DNA of 64,000 nucleotides from an uncultured Actinomycetes bacterium. GTDB taxonomy: Bacteria; Actinomycetota; UBA4738; HRBIN12. Both the position numbers and the translations under genes were made by a program. The stretch covers positions 97,503-161,502 of the forward strand of contig CAVTGO010000006.1 of NCBI GenBank assembly GCA_963734275.1, written 5' to 3'. This document shows positions 39,521 to 48,117 of this stretch, in pieces. The number at the start of each line of letters is the position of its first letter. Position 1 is the first letter of the stretch. The notes beneath the pieces were generated by a model. It was not told where the DNA came from. It searched no databases and saw nothing but the letters and a program-made list of their open reading frames with translations.

Positions 39521-40336
39521 ATGGATCCCACCGTCCCCGAACCACCCGGCAGCCCCCGCCTGTTCCGACCTCGGTCCGTGGGCGAGATCCTGCTCCACGC
39601 GCTGGAGCTGTACCGGCTCCACTGGCAGAACCTCATCGTCCTGGTGGCGGTCGTCGTGATCCCGCTCTCGCTCACCGAGGTCCTTCTGACCGAGGCCTGG
39701 ATCGAGGGCAACCTCCGCGACGTCGAGGTCCGCGGCGGTGTGGAGGTGGTGACGGGCGGGGCGCTCGCCGCCGCGCTGGTCGGGACCCTCGTCATCGTCC
39801 TGTTCAGCATCCTGATCTACACGGCGCTCACCGGCGCGATCTCTCGGGCGGCGGCCGGTACGTTCCTCGGCCGCGATATGGACATCGCCGAGAGCTACCG
39901 GTTCGGGCTCGCCCGCTTCGGGTCGATCCTCCTCGTCGGGCTGCTGTCGGGACTCGCGATCCTCGGTGGCTTCATCCTGCTGGTGGTCCCGGGCTTCATC
40001 GTGCTCACCCGGCTGACCGTGACGATCCAGGTCCTGGTCGTCGAGGACGTGAGGGGGACGGCCGCGCTGAAGCGGTCGTGGAACCTCGTGAAGGGCCACT
40101 CGTGGCCGGTGTTCGGGACGATCGTGGTGGCGGGCATCCTCACGTCGATCGTAAGCAGCATCCTCACCGCGCCGTTCGACGAGCTCACGGCCCGGTCGAT
40201 CGCGTCCGCGATCGCGGCCGTGATCACGACGCCCTATACCGCGCTGGTCGGCGTGCTGCTCTACCTGGACCTGCGGATCCGCAAGGAGGGCTACGGCCCG
40301 GCCGACCTGGAGCGGGACCTGGCTCGATCCATCTAG
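39521..40336 (+). CDS. hypothetical polytopic membrane protein
   Basis: Track ORF of 271 aa with about 6 TM segments. GAGGAGG lies before the ATG. Confidence 0.5.
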   Translation: MDPTVPEPPGSPRLFRPRSVGEILLHALELYRLHWQNLIVLVAVVVIPLSLTEVLLTEAWIEGNLRDVEVRGGVEVVTGGALAAALVGTLVIVLFSILIYTALTGAISRAAAGTFLGRDMDIAESYRFGLARFGSILLVGLLSGLAILGGFILLVVPGFIVLTRLTVTIQVLVVEDVRGTAALKRSWNLVKGHSWPVFGTIVVAGILTSIVSSILTAPFDELTARSIASAIAAVITTPYTALVGVLLYLDLRIRKEGYGPADLERDLARSI

Positions 40337-41001
40337 GGCTGTGCGGGATCGCTGAAGCCGACGCGCTCATGCGTGCCGTCGCAGAACGGCTTGTTGCGCG
40401 AGCGCCCGCACCGACACAGCGTCTGGCGGTTGCGGACCTCGTACGGGGCGCCGTCCTCGGAGACCACGGGGATCCCCCCTCGCACCCAGTACGAGGCGTT
40501 CGGCTCCACCCCGACCGAGGGCTCGAAGGTCGGTTCCACGGGCTCGGGATCGGGCGGGGTGGCGACGGCGAGCCGTCCCGAGGGACAGCGATGCACCATC
40601 GCCCTCATCTCGGCGTGCTCCCCGGGATCCTCGAGCATCTCCCAGACGCCGGTGCTCACGGTGCGGCAGAACCCGGCGTGCGTGCAGAGCGACGTGTCGT
40701 CGTAGAGCAACGCGCCCTCGCCCTCCCACGTCTCCCGCCGCTCCGACACGGGGCCGCGGTCGGCCGTCTCGGTCCCGTCGAACGGGACCCGCTCGTGCGT
40801 CGAGTCGCAGAACGGCTTGGTCGAGGAGTTGCCGCACCGGCAGAGCAGGTAGGTCTCCCCGTCGGTCCCGAAGGTCGGGCCCTCGTCCCAGGCGACCGGC
40901 TCGCCGCGCTCGGTCTTCACGATCGCGGTGCGGAGCAGCGGCACGCCGCCCTCCACCCGGTAGGGCCCGTTCTGCTCGACGACGATCCGGCGCTCCCCCA
41001 T
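40333..41001 (-). CDS. CDGSH iron-sulfur protein with two CDGSH motifs flanking a Cys-rich middle domain
   Basis: This is the last 222 codons of track ORF 40333..41535 from ATG 41001: CRCGNSSTKPFCDSTH ... CTHAGFC ... HRCPSG ... CRCGRSRNKPFCDGTH. Confidence 0.85.
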   Translation of the reverse strand: MGERRIVVEQNGPYRVEGGVPLLRTAIVKTERGEPVAWDEGPTFGTDGETYLLCRCGNSSTKPFCDSTHERVPFDGTETADRGPVSERRETWEGEGALLYDDTSLCTHAGFCRTVSTGVWEMLEDPGEHAEMRAMVHRCPSGRLAVATPPDPEPVEPTFEPSVGVEPNASYWVRGGIPVVSEDGAPYEVRNRQTLCRCGRSRNKPFCDGTHERVGFSDPAQP

Positions 41002-41012
41002 AGGTATCGAGT

Positions 41013-41822
41013 CTAGGCGCTGCCGGCGCGCCGGCGCGCGGCGCGGACGGCGAGGATCCCCGCGGCCAGCGTGAGCAGGGAGACCGCCGTGGCCAGGACC
41101 GCCAGCGCGAACGCGCCCGGCGGCGGGTCGTCCTGCGAGCGCCCGCCGAACAGGAGCACGGGGATCGTTCGACACTCGTTCGGGAAGCAGAGGTACCGGC
41201 TGATCACGATCTGGTTGAACGACAGTGTGAACGCCACCGTGGCCGCCACGACGATCGCGGGCGCCAGCAACGGCAGAAGGACCCGGCGGACGATGTCGAG
41301 CGGCGGCGCCCCCAGATCGACGGCCTGCTCTTCGAACGAGCGATCGAGGAACCACAGTCGCGCCCAGACCACCAGTGCCACGAAGGGCAGCGCGTACGAG
41401 ATGTGTCCGATCAGCTGGGCCTGCGTGGACAGCCCGATCCGGAACACGAAGGCGAACAGGTAGAACAGGACCATGGCCGTCGCGACCGGCGGGATCGCCA
41501 CCGACGCCAGCAACCCGGCGCCGAGGATCCGCCACCCCCGCCCGGCCAGGTGTCGCAGGGCGATCGCGAGCGAGGTCCCCAGTGGCACCGCGACCGCCAC
41601 AGTGATCAGCGCGAGCTTCATGCTCTGCACGAACGCCGCCGTCGTCTCCCCACCTCCGAGCGCGAACCGGAACGGGTCGAGCGAGAATCCCTCGGGCGGC
41701 GTCTCACCGGTCGCATTGACCGAGGCCCGCAGCGCGTACAGCACCGGGAAGAGCGACCAGACCAGGTACCCCCACGTGACGGAACCGAGGACCAACCGGG
41801 CCTTGCGGTCGCCGACGCTCAT
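41013..41822 (-). CDS. binding-protein-dependent ABC transporter permease (PotC-like), orphan
   Basis: Track ORF of 269 aa with six TM segments and the EAA loop EEQAVDLGAPPLDIVRRVLLP. No ATPase, partner permease or solute-binding gene is adjacent. Confidence 0.8.
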   Translation of the reverse strand: MSVGDRKARLVLGSVTWGYLVWSLFPVLYALRASVNATGETPPEGFSLDPFRFALGGGETTAAFVQSMKLALITVAVAVPLGTSLAIALRHLAGRGWRILGAGLLASVAIPPVATAMVLFYLFAFVFRIGLSTQAQLIGHISYALPFVALVVWARLWFLDRSFEEQAVDLGAPPLDIVRRVLLPLLAPAIVVAATVAFTLSFNQIVISRYLCFPNECRTIPVLLFGGRSQDDPPPGAFALAVLATAVSLLTLAAGILAVRAARRRAGSA

Positions 41823-42814
41823 CCGGCGCGATCGTGCCAGAGCGCCAGCAGCTCGGCCTCACGCTCGGGGGCGAGGCCGCGGTCCTCGCGCAGAGACACC
41901 TCGGCCCGCGTGCGGTCCCAGCGCCAGCAGTCGCGGAGGCTGAGCTCGACCGGGCGCGGCGCCAGCCCGGCCGCGAGCGCCTTCGCCGCGTCGAACCTCG
42001 CGAGCGCGGCTTCGGCGGGCGGGTTCCACCAGGGCAGCGCCTCCCACGCGTCGAGCCCGTGCTCCACGAGGAAGTCCTCCGAGGCCCACGTGAACGTCGC
42101 CTCGGCGCTCGTCACCCGCGCCGCGAACCCCAGCAGGTCGCCGAACCGGTGCGGCGTCTGCGGCGCGCAGAGGTTGAACACGCCGCCCTCGCCCCGCGCG
42201 GCCAGCATCAGCGCGAACCGCGCGACGTCGCGCGCGTCGATCAGCTGCACCGGCGACTCGGGCGAGCCCGGCGCGAGGATCTCGCCGCCGCGCTCGACCC
42301 GCCGAAGCCAGTACGGCATCCGGTCCAGGCTGTCGTACGGCCCCCCGATGTAGCCCGGCCGCAGGATCAGCGCCCGCGCCCCGAACACCTCTTGCACCGC
42401 CAGCTCCGCGAGGACCTTCAGCGGGCCGTACGAGGTGTCGGTGACCTCTTCGGCCGTCGGATCGTCGATCGCCCCGACCGCCGCGGTCTCGTCCTGCCCC
42501 GTGGACGTCGCGTCCTCGTAAACGGACAGGCTCGACACGAACGTGTAGTGCATGGTCGAGCCGAGGAGCGCCTCGGCCGACATGCGCGCGACGCGCGGGA
42601 CGTAGCACGAGGGGTCGAACACCGCGTCCCACGTCCTTCCCGCGAGCGCGTCCAGCGAGACCCCGCGGTCGCCGATCACGGTCTCGAGGTCGGGGAACAG
42701 GTCGGGCGCCGTCCGTCCGCGGTTGAACAGCGTGACCTCGTGGCCGGCCGCGAGCGCCTCCTCGACGTAGGCGCGCCCCACGAACCTCGTCCCACCCAGG
42801 ACCAGCAGCCGCAT
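41819..42814 (-). CDS. NAD-dependent epimerase/dehydratase family protein
   Basis: Track ORF of 331 aa: MRLLVLGGTRFVGRAY. Confidence 0.8.
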   Translation of the reverse strand: MRLLVLGGTRFVGRAYVEEALAAGHEVTLFNRGRTAPDLFPDLETVIGDRGVSLDALAGRTWDAVFDPSCYVPRVARMSAEALLGSTMHYTFVSSLSVYEDATSTGQDETAAVGAIDDPTAEEVTDTSYGPLKVLAELAVQEVFGARALILRPGYIGGPYDSLDRMPYWLRRVERGGEILAPGSPESPVQLIDARDVARFALMLAARGEGGVFNLCAPQTPHRFGDLLGFAARVTSAEATFTWASEDFLVEHGLDAWEALPWWNPPAEAALARFDAAKALAAGLAPRPVELSLRDCWRWDRTRAEVSLREDRGLAPEREAELLALWHDRAG

Positions 42815-42836
42815 CGCCCGACCCTACCCTGGATAC

Positions 42837-44213
42837 TTGGCCCCGATGGAGCGGACGCGTTCCGGCTGGAGGACGGCGTTGCTCGCCGCGACCGCGACGG
42901 CCGTCGGGGTCGCGTTCGCCGACTCCTCCATCGTCGTCCTCGCCCTCCCCGAGCTCTACGAGACGTTCGACACCACGATCGAGGGCGTCGCGTGGGTGGT
43001 CACGTCGTACAACCTCGTGCTCGCGGTCGGCGCCCTCGCGCTGGTCACCGTGATCCCCCGCGCACGCGCTCGCGTCCTGCTGGCCGCCGGCTCGCTCGTG
43101 TTCGCGGGCGCGTCGATCGCGTGCGCGGTCGCTGGCTCGCTCGAGGGCCTCGTCGTGGCGCGCTCGGTGCAGGGGCTCGGCGGTGCGCTGCTGCTCGCGG
43201 GTTCGCTCCCCGTTCTCGGTGCGCTCGCGGGCTCCACGGGCCGCGGCGTTGCCATCTGGGTGATGGCGGGCACGCTCGGGACCGCCGTGGGACCGGGGCT
43301 CGGCGGGATCCTCACGCAGGCCTTCGACTGGCGGGCGATCTTCGTCGCGCAGGTGCCGGTCGTGGGCGTCGCGCTGGTCGCCACCGTCGGCTCTCACGTC
43401 GCGGCGGACCCCGACGCACGACGGAAGGCCGCGCTGCTTCGGACGCTGCCTGCGAACCTCGGCCTCGCGCTCCTCTCGGGCGCGCTGGTGGGGGCGCTGT
43501 TCCTCGGCGTCCTGCTCGTGATCGACGTCTTCGGGTACTCGCCGATCCAGGGAGCAGCTGTCGTCAGCCTCATCCCCGCGGCGGCCCTGCTCGCGCGACC
43601 GCTCGCCCGGCAGCTCGCCGGCGTGTCCGCGATCGCCGGCGCGCGCCTGCTGGCCTCGGGACTCGTCGGCCTGGCGCTCCTCCCCTCGAGCGCCCTCGGC
43701 TACGCGCTGGCGTCGTTCGCGCTCTGCGGGTTCGGGTTGGGGCTCGCCGTGCCGGGGCTCACGCACGCGGCGCTCGGCGACCCGGGCGGAGGGATCGGAC
43801 GCAGCGCGACGATCACGGTCGGCGTGCGGCACCTCGGCCTCGTGCTGTCGCTCGCCGTCGTCGCCCCCGTCCTCGCGGCCGACCTGACGGATGCCGCGGA
43901 CGTCGCGACGCTGAACGGGACGGCCGTCGTCATCGACGGCGGCATCCCGGCAACGACGAAGGTCCCACTCGCGCTCGACATCCGGGACGCCCTCCGGCGG
44001 GCCCCCGAGGGTGCGATCCCCGACCTCACGGCGCCCTTCGAGGAGCACGGCGCGAGCTCGGACGCCGCGATCCGCGCGCTGCGGGCGGACCTCGAGGCGA
44101 CGATCGAGCAGGCCGTGACGCGGGGCTTCCGCGTTTCCTTTCTGTTCTGCGCGTTCCTCGCCGCGATGTCGCTCGTGCCGGCGCTCGCGGTCCGACGGAG
44201 GCTGACGCCGTGA
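42837..44213 (+). CDS. MFS transporter
   Basis: Track ORF of 458 aa with multiple TM segments and a DHA2-like N-terminus (DSSIVVLALPEL). Confidence 0.8.
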   Translation: MAPMERTRSGWRTALLAATATAVGVAFADSSIVVLALPELYETFDTTIEGVAWVVTSYNLVLAVGALALVTVIPRARARVLLAAGSLVFAGASIACAVAGSLEGLVVARSVQGLGGALLLAGSLPVLGALAGSTGRGVAIWVMAGTLGTAVGPGLGGILTQAFDWRAIFVAQVPVVGVALVATVGSHVAADPDARRKAALLRTLPANLGLALLSGALVGALFLGVLLVIDVFGYSPIQGAAVVSLIPAAALLARPLARQLAGVSAIAGARLLASGLVGLALLPSSALGYALASFALCGFGLGLAVPGLTHAALGDPGGGIGRSATITVGVRHLGLVLSLAVVAPVLAADLTDAADVATLNGTAVVIDGGIPATTKVPLALDIRDALRRAPEGAIPDLTAPFEEHGASSDAAIRALRADLEATIEQAVTRGFRVSFLFCAFLAAMSLVPALAVRRRLTP

Positions 44214-44665
44214 GCCGCCGAGCCGCGATCGTCGTGCTCGTGGCACTGTTCGCGGGGGCGGGCGCGCTCATCGGCGTCGAGCTCGCCAGCGGAGCCGTGC
44301 AGGCAGGCTCTCTCGCCGTGCGGAACCCGTGCGAGCCGCGCCTCGCGTTCCCCGGAGATGGGATCGACGCGATCCTGCAACGGATCGTGCTCGACGGCCT
44401 CGACGGCGCGGCGTGCGAGCTCGAGACGACGCGCGAGGACCTCGTGCTCTCGCTCGCGCCCGGCTCCGGCGTCTCGCGGATCCCCTGGGACGACGAGACG
44501 ATCGAGCAGGCCCTGCGCGCCGGGCTCGTCGACGCGATCTCCGACGCCGAAGAGCGAGGCTCCCTGAACGCGATCGTCGCCTTCGCCCTGCGCGAGCTCG
44601 TGGAGCTCGGTCCGGTCGACTGGCTGGTCGACGGAGGCCAGGGGATCACCGGCCTGTTCGACTGA
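44210..44665 (+). CDS. hypothetical membrane-anchored protein
   Basis: Tail of track ORF 41834..44665. The GTG at 44210 overlaps the MFS stop (GTGA). N-terminal anchor: AAIVVLVALFAGAGALIGV. Confidence 0.45.
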   Translation: MSRRAAIVVLVALFAGAGALIGVELASGAVQAGSLAVRNPCEPRLAFPGDGIDAILQRIVLDGLDGAACELETTREDLVLSLAPGSGVSRIPWDDETIEQALRAGLVDAISDAEERGSLNAIVAFALRELVELGPVDWLVDGGQGITGLFD

Positions 44666-44674
44666 CGCGCTGGT

Positions 44675-44700
44675 CACGACCCCGCGGGGGTGGGGTTGTG
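44675..44700 (+). terminator. hairpin after the MFS operon
   Basis: 9-bp stem cacgacccc/ggggttgtg (one G-U pair) with an 8-nt loop, starting 10 nt after the stop at 44665. Confidence 0.45.
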
Positions 44701-44728
44701 ATGGTCGCGGATCGGTGGATAGCCTCGA

Positions 44729-44762
44729 ACACGTGCCGGCCCGCCCCGAGGCCGGCACGTGT
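44729..44762 (+). terminator. strong hairpin (terminator or operator) upstream of the S1 protease gene
   Basis: Perfect 13-bp stem acacgtgccggcc/ggccggcacgtgt with an 8-nt loop. It lies 24 nt before ATG 44786, and the SD GAGAGGGAGG sits in between. Confidence 0.5.
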
Positions 44763-44785
44763 GAGTCGGAGAGAGGGAGGTTGGG

Positions 44786-45703
44786 ATGGTTCGGTTCCAG
44801 AGCACGCGTCTGATCCCGAGGAGGATCGCCGTCGCATTCATCGGGCTCGGAGCGCTCCTCGCCACGACCGTACCGGCCACGGCCATCACGGGCGGCACCG
44901 AGGACACCTCGAACATCTACGAGAACGTCGGGATGGTCGTGTTCTATCAGCCCGACGGCCGGTTCCGATGCTCGGGCACCCTCATCGCGCGGCGGGTCGT
45001 GCTCACCGCCGCCCACTGCACGTTCCAAGACATCGGCAAGGTGATCGTGACGTTCGACCCGGTGATCTCTCGCACCGAGGCGGAGGCCGAGCGCGATATC
45101 CCGCGCGCCTCCGACGACACCGGTCCCAACGACACGATCTCGAAGATCGGATTCGTCGAGGCCGACCTCAAACAGGGCGAGCAGGAGTGGGTGCTCGGAA
45201 CGCCTCGGACGCACCCCGAGTACAGCGACTTCACGGACATCGACAACTGGAACGACACCGGCGTCATCATCCTCGACGAGGCGCCGGACCTGCCCGTCGC
45301 GCCGCTGGCGCCGAGGAACTACCTCGACCAGTTCGCCCAGCCGGCGCTGAACCACACCCTCTTCCTCACGATCGGCTACGGCACCGAGGTCCGCGGCAAC
45401 CCGCCCACCCCGATGCGCCAGCCGATCGTCCGCCGGTACACGACCGAGGTCGGTCAGTGGCTGTCCGACCAGATCCTGCAGATGAACGGCAACGAGCACG
45501 ACCCCCGTGGCGGGGGTGGCAGCTGCTTCGGCGACTCGGGCGGCCCGGCCATGCACGACAGCTTCGTCGTGGGTGACACGAGCTATGGGTACACGAGCAA
45601 CTGCCGGTACCTCGGCGGCTACCAGCGCATCGACATCCCCGTCGTGCGCTCATGGCTGCTCGACTGCACTGCCGACCTGGTCTGCCCCACCAAGAGCGAC
45701 TAG
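44786..45703 (+). CDS. secreted trypsin-like serine protease (S1 family)
   Basis: Track ORF of 305 aa with a signal peptide, VLTAAHC (His) and GDSGGP (Ser). Confidence 0.85.
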   Translation: MVRFQSTRLIPRRIAVAFIGLGALLATTVPATAITGGTEDTSNIYENVGMVVFYQPDGRFRCSGTLIARRVVLTAAHCTFQDIGKVIVTFDPVISRTEAEAERDIPRASDDTGPNDTISKIGFVEADLKQGEQEWVLGTPRTHPEYSDFTDIDNWNDTGVIILDEAPDLPVAPLAPRNYLDQFAQPALNHTLFLTIGYGTEVRGNPPTPMRQPIVRRYTTEVGQWLSDQILQMNGNEHDPRGGGGSCFGDSGGPAMHDSFVVGDTSYGYTSNCRYLGGYQRIDIPVVRSWLLDCTADLVCPTKSD

Positions 45704-45717
45704 GGCAACGAGCGTCT

Positions 45718-45756
45718 GCGACGGCCCCGCGATCCACGGATCCGCGGGGTCGTTGC
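45718..45756 (+). terminator. imperfect hairpin between convergent genes
   Basis: Positions 45718-45731 pair with 45743-45756 (14 bp including 2 G-U pairs, core ccccgcg/cgcgggg). It lies between the stops at 45703 (+) and 45765 (-). Confidence 0.45.
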
Positions 45757-45764
45757 TCGTTCGG

Positions 45765-46154
45765 TCAGAACATCGTGTTGCTGTTCGCCGCCTCCTCGGG
45801 CACGGGCTGGAGAACGTCCCAGTGCTCGACGATCTTGCCGTCCTCGAGTCGGAAGATGTCCGCCGCGGCCATCCCACGGTCCTCGGGCGAGGTCTTGATC
45901 ACACCGTGCGTGACGACGAGGTCGCCCTCGGCGACCATCCGCTTGATCTCGATCGAGAGCTCCGGGAACTGGCCCCGAAAGCCGTTCACGAACACGATGA
46001 ACGCCTCCCCCCCGTCGGGTGCCTGCGGGTTGTGCTGCGTATACGTCGGGCCGAGATACGTCTCGACCGCGCCTTCCGGGTCGCCGTCGTTGAACGCCTG
46101 CTCGTAGTACGAGCGCACCGTCCGCTTGTTCGCCTCGAGATCCGCCATGGCCAC
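45765..46154 (-). CDS. SnoaL-like / NTF2-fold protein
   Basis: Track ORF of 129 aa: ANKRTVRSYYEQAFNDGD...FRLEDGKIVEHWDVLQ. GGAGGAGGGA lies before the ATG. Confidence 0.7.
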   Translation of the reverse strand: MAMADLEANKRTVRSYYEQAFNDGDPEGAVETYLGPTYTQHNPQAPDGGEAFIVFVNGFRGQFPELSIEIKRMVAEGDLVVTHGVIKTSPEDRGMAAADIFRLEDGKIVEHWDVLQPVPEEAANSNTMF

Positions 46155-46282
46155 TCCCTCCTCCGTCCCTTGGATGAGGGCTATAACCTGGGGCCGACGA
46201 CGCCAATTCCCGAGGCCGGGCTCGGCCGGCTGGGTGCTACTGGGGTCATGGTCACAGACCCGGGAAGGTGGCGCACCCTAAG

Positions 46283-46435
46283 ATGGCCAAGATGAAGGCA
46301 GCCAAGAAGTCGACGTCGTCCCACGCGGTGAAGAGGCGGCCGGCCAGTCGGACCGTGAAGTCCTTGGGGAAGCAGGGCACCGTCCCGATCAGCAAGATCC
46401 GGGCCGCCGTCAAGGAAGTCTCCGCCGCCGGGTAG
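46283..46435 (+). CDS. possible 50-aa Lys-rich small protein (below the track size cutoff)
   Basis: Manual read gives MAKMKAAKKSTSSHAVKRRPASRTVKSLGKQGTVPISKIRAAVKEVSAAG*. GGAAGGTGG lies about 12 nt upstream, and the stop is 3 nt before the next ATG. Confidence 0.3.
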   Translation: MAKMKAAKKSTSSHAVKRRPASRTVKSLGKQGTVPISKIRAAVKEVSAAG

Positions 46436-46438
46436 CGG

Positions 46439-47084
46439 ATGACGGCGGGATACGCCGACAGCGTCTTCATCAACTGCCCGTTCGACGACGATCATCAGCC
46501 TCTGTTCCGGGCGATGTCTTCACGATCCACGATGCGGGCTTCGTGCCCCGCTGCGCCCTCGAGCTCAGCGATGCGACCGAGGACCGGATGTCGCGGATCG
46601 CCCGGATCATCCATGACTGCCGGTTCGGGATCCACGACATCTCGCGGACGGGGCCGAACGAGGCAGGATCGCCGCGGTTCAACATGCCGTTCGAGCTCGG
46701 CGTGTTCATCGGGTGCCGGAGATCGGGGGGACGAAGCAGCGCTCCAAGATGTGCCTCGTCCTGGACCGTGAACGATACCGGTACCAGACGTACCTATCGG
46801 ACATCGCGGGTAACGACATCGAGGCGCATGCTGGCGACCCGAAGGTGGCCGTGAAGCGGGTTCGAGATCGGCTTCGAACCGCCTCGGCTAGGAGCACGAT
46901 CCCAGGCGGGGCGCGGATCTGGAAGCGCTACGAACGATTCCAACTCGAGCTACCGTCGTTGTGCGACGCGATCGGTGTGGACGAGACCGACCTCGCCTTC
47001 GCGGACTACTCCAACACGATCGTTCAGTGGCTCAAGGAGAACGCGCCACGATCGCCGGCGCGTGAGCTCCTAGCGGCGCGATAG
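46439..47084 (+). pseudogene. TIR-like / nucleoside 2-deoxyribosyltransferase-like Rossmann protein, disrupted by two frameshifts
   Basis: Three consecutive track ORFs in three frames join into one sensible protein: MTAGYADSVFINCPFDDDHQPLFRAM | VFTIHDAGFVPRCALE...RFNMPFELGVFIG | GGTKQRSKMCLVLDRERYRYQTYLSDIAGNDIEAH...VQWLKEN. The shifts are at about 46505-46518 and at the G6 run 46725-46730. The family assignment is from memory and tentative. Confidence 0.6.
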
Positions 47085-47522
47085 GGCCTGCTCGAGCTCG
47101 TCGAGGTGCTCCCGCCGATGCTCGGTGCGGTCGATGTTGATGATGCCGCCCATCTCCTCGTTCCTGGCGAGCAGCTCGTCGGACATGCCGGCCACACCTC
47201 GGTCGGCGCCCTCCGCTGCGTCCACGGCGGCCTGGGCAGCGGCCCTCGGTGGCATCGCGAGGAAGATCGGCTTCGCCGCGTCGTTGATCCAGTCGACGGC
47301 CTCCTCCTCGTACGTCGGCGGGGTCCCGTGGCCGTCGGGGCCCCAGCGGTCGAGCATCGTGACGATCCGGTAGTCCCAGAAGGCCACGTGCGCGAGGACG
47401 GACGCGACGGTCCAGCTCGCCGGCATCGGGTGCGCGAGCTCATCGTCGCTCAGCCGCTCGACCAGCTCACGCAAGCGCCGCAACTCGCCCTCGTTCTCCG
47501 CGATGTATGAGCGGTCTGCCAT
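47070..47522 (-). CDS. DinB-family (four-helix bundle, mycothiol/metal-dependent) protein
   Basis: Track ORF of 150 aa: WTVASVLAHVAFWD...EHRREHLDEL. Confidence 0.65.
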   Translation of the reverse strand: MADRSYIAENEGELRRLRELVERLSDDELAHPMPASWTVASVLAHVAFWDYRIVTMLDRWGPDGHGTPPTYEEEAVDWINDAAKPIFLAMPPRAAAQAAVDAAEGADRGVAGMSDELLARNEEMGGIINIDRTEHRREHLDELEQALSRR

Positions 47523-47567
47523 CCGTGGCTCCGTTTCGGGCGGAGGTCGTCCGGAAGGATACGAGCG

Positions 47568-48110
47568 CTACCAGACGTCGCCAGGCCGCCACTCGCAGCT
47601 GATCGGGGCCGCCAGGTCGAGCTCGGGGGACGTCGGCGTCAGCCGCACGAGGACGAACCCGTCCTCGTCGGGAGTCGGCTCCACCCCATCGTCCGTGCGG
47701 ACCGACGTCGGACCCTCCCACACGGTCCACCCGAGCCGTCCGTAGAATCCGAACAGGTCCGTGCCGAGCGCGCCGAGCTCGAACGTCCGGTCGATGTGCT
47801 CGCCGGCCTCGACCATGACCGCGGAGCCGAACCCGCGCTGCCGGTGCTCGGGCAGGGTCGCCACACCCTCGACGTACCCGGTCGCGAGCCGGAAACCGTC
47901 GGTCTCCAGTTCGCGCTCGACCACCGAGGCGTGCGCCACGATCTGCCCGTCCACCTCGATCACGAAGTGCTCGCCGCCGAGGGCATGCTTGAAATCCTCG
48001 GCCTCGAACCGATCGTCCGGATCCGGCCAGGAAGCGTCGAACAGCGCGCGGAGCGCGGACAGCTCCCGATCCGTGAGCTCCTCGGTCGGGAGCCGCCGCA
48101 CCTCCGTCAC
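47568..48110 (-). CDS. aac(2'): GNAT aminoglycoside 2'-N-acetyltransferase AAC(2')-I-like
   Basis: Track ORF of 180 aa: GYVEGVATLPEHRQRGFG, GPTSVRT, with a C-terminal CEWRPGDVW. Compare the remembered M. tuberculosis AAC(2')-Ic, which ends CDWRAGDVW. Confidence 0.8.
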   Translation of the reverse strand: MTEVRRLPTEELTDRELSALRALFDASWPDPDDRFEAEDFKHALGGEHFVIEVDGQIVAHASVVERELETDGFRLATGYVEGVATLPEHRQRGFGSAVMVEAGEHIDRTFELGALGTDLFGFYGRLGWTVWEGPTSVRTDDGVEPTPDEDGFVLVRLTPTSPELDLAAPISCEWRPGDVW

Positions 48111-48117
48111 GGGTTGC

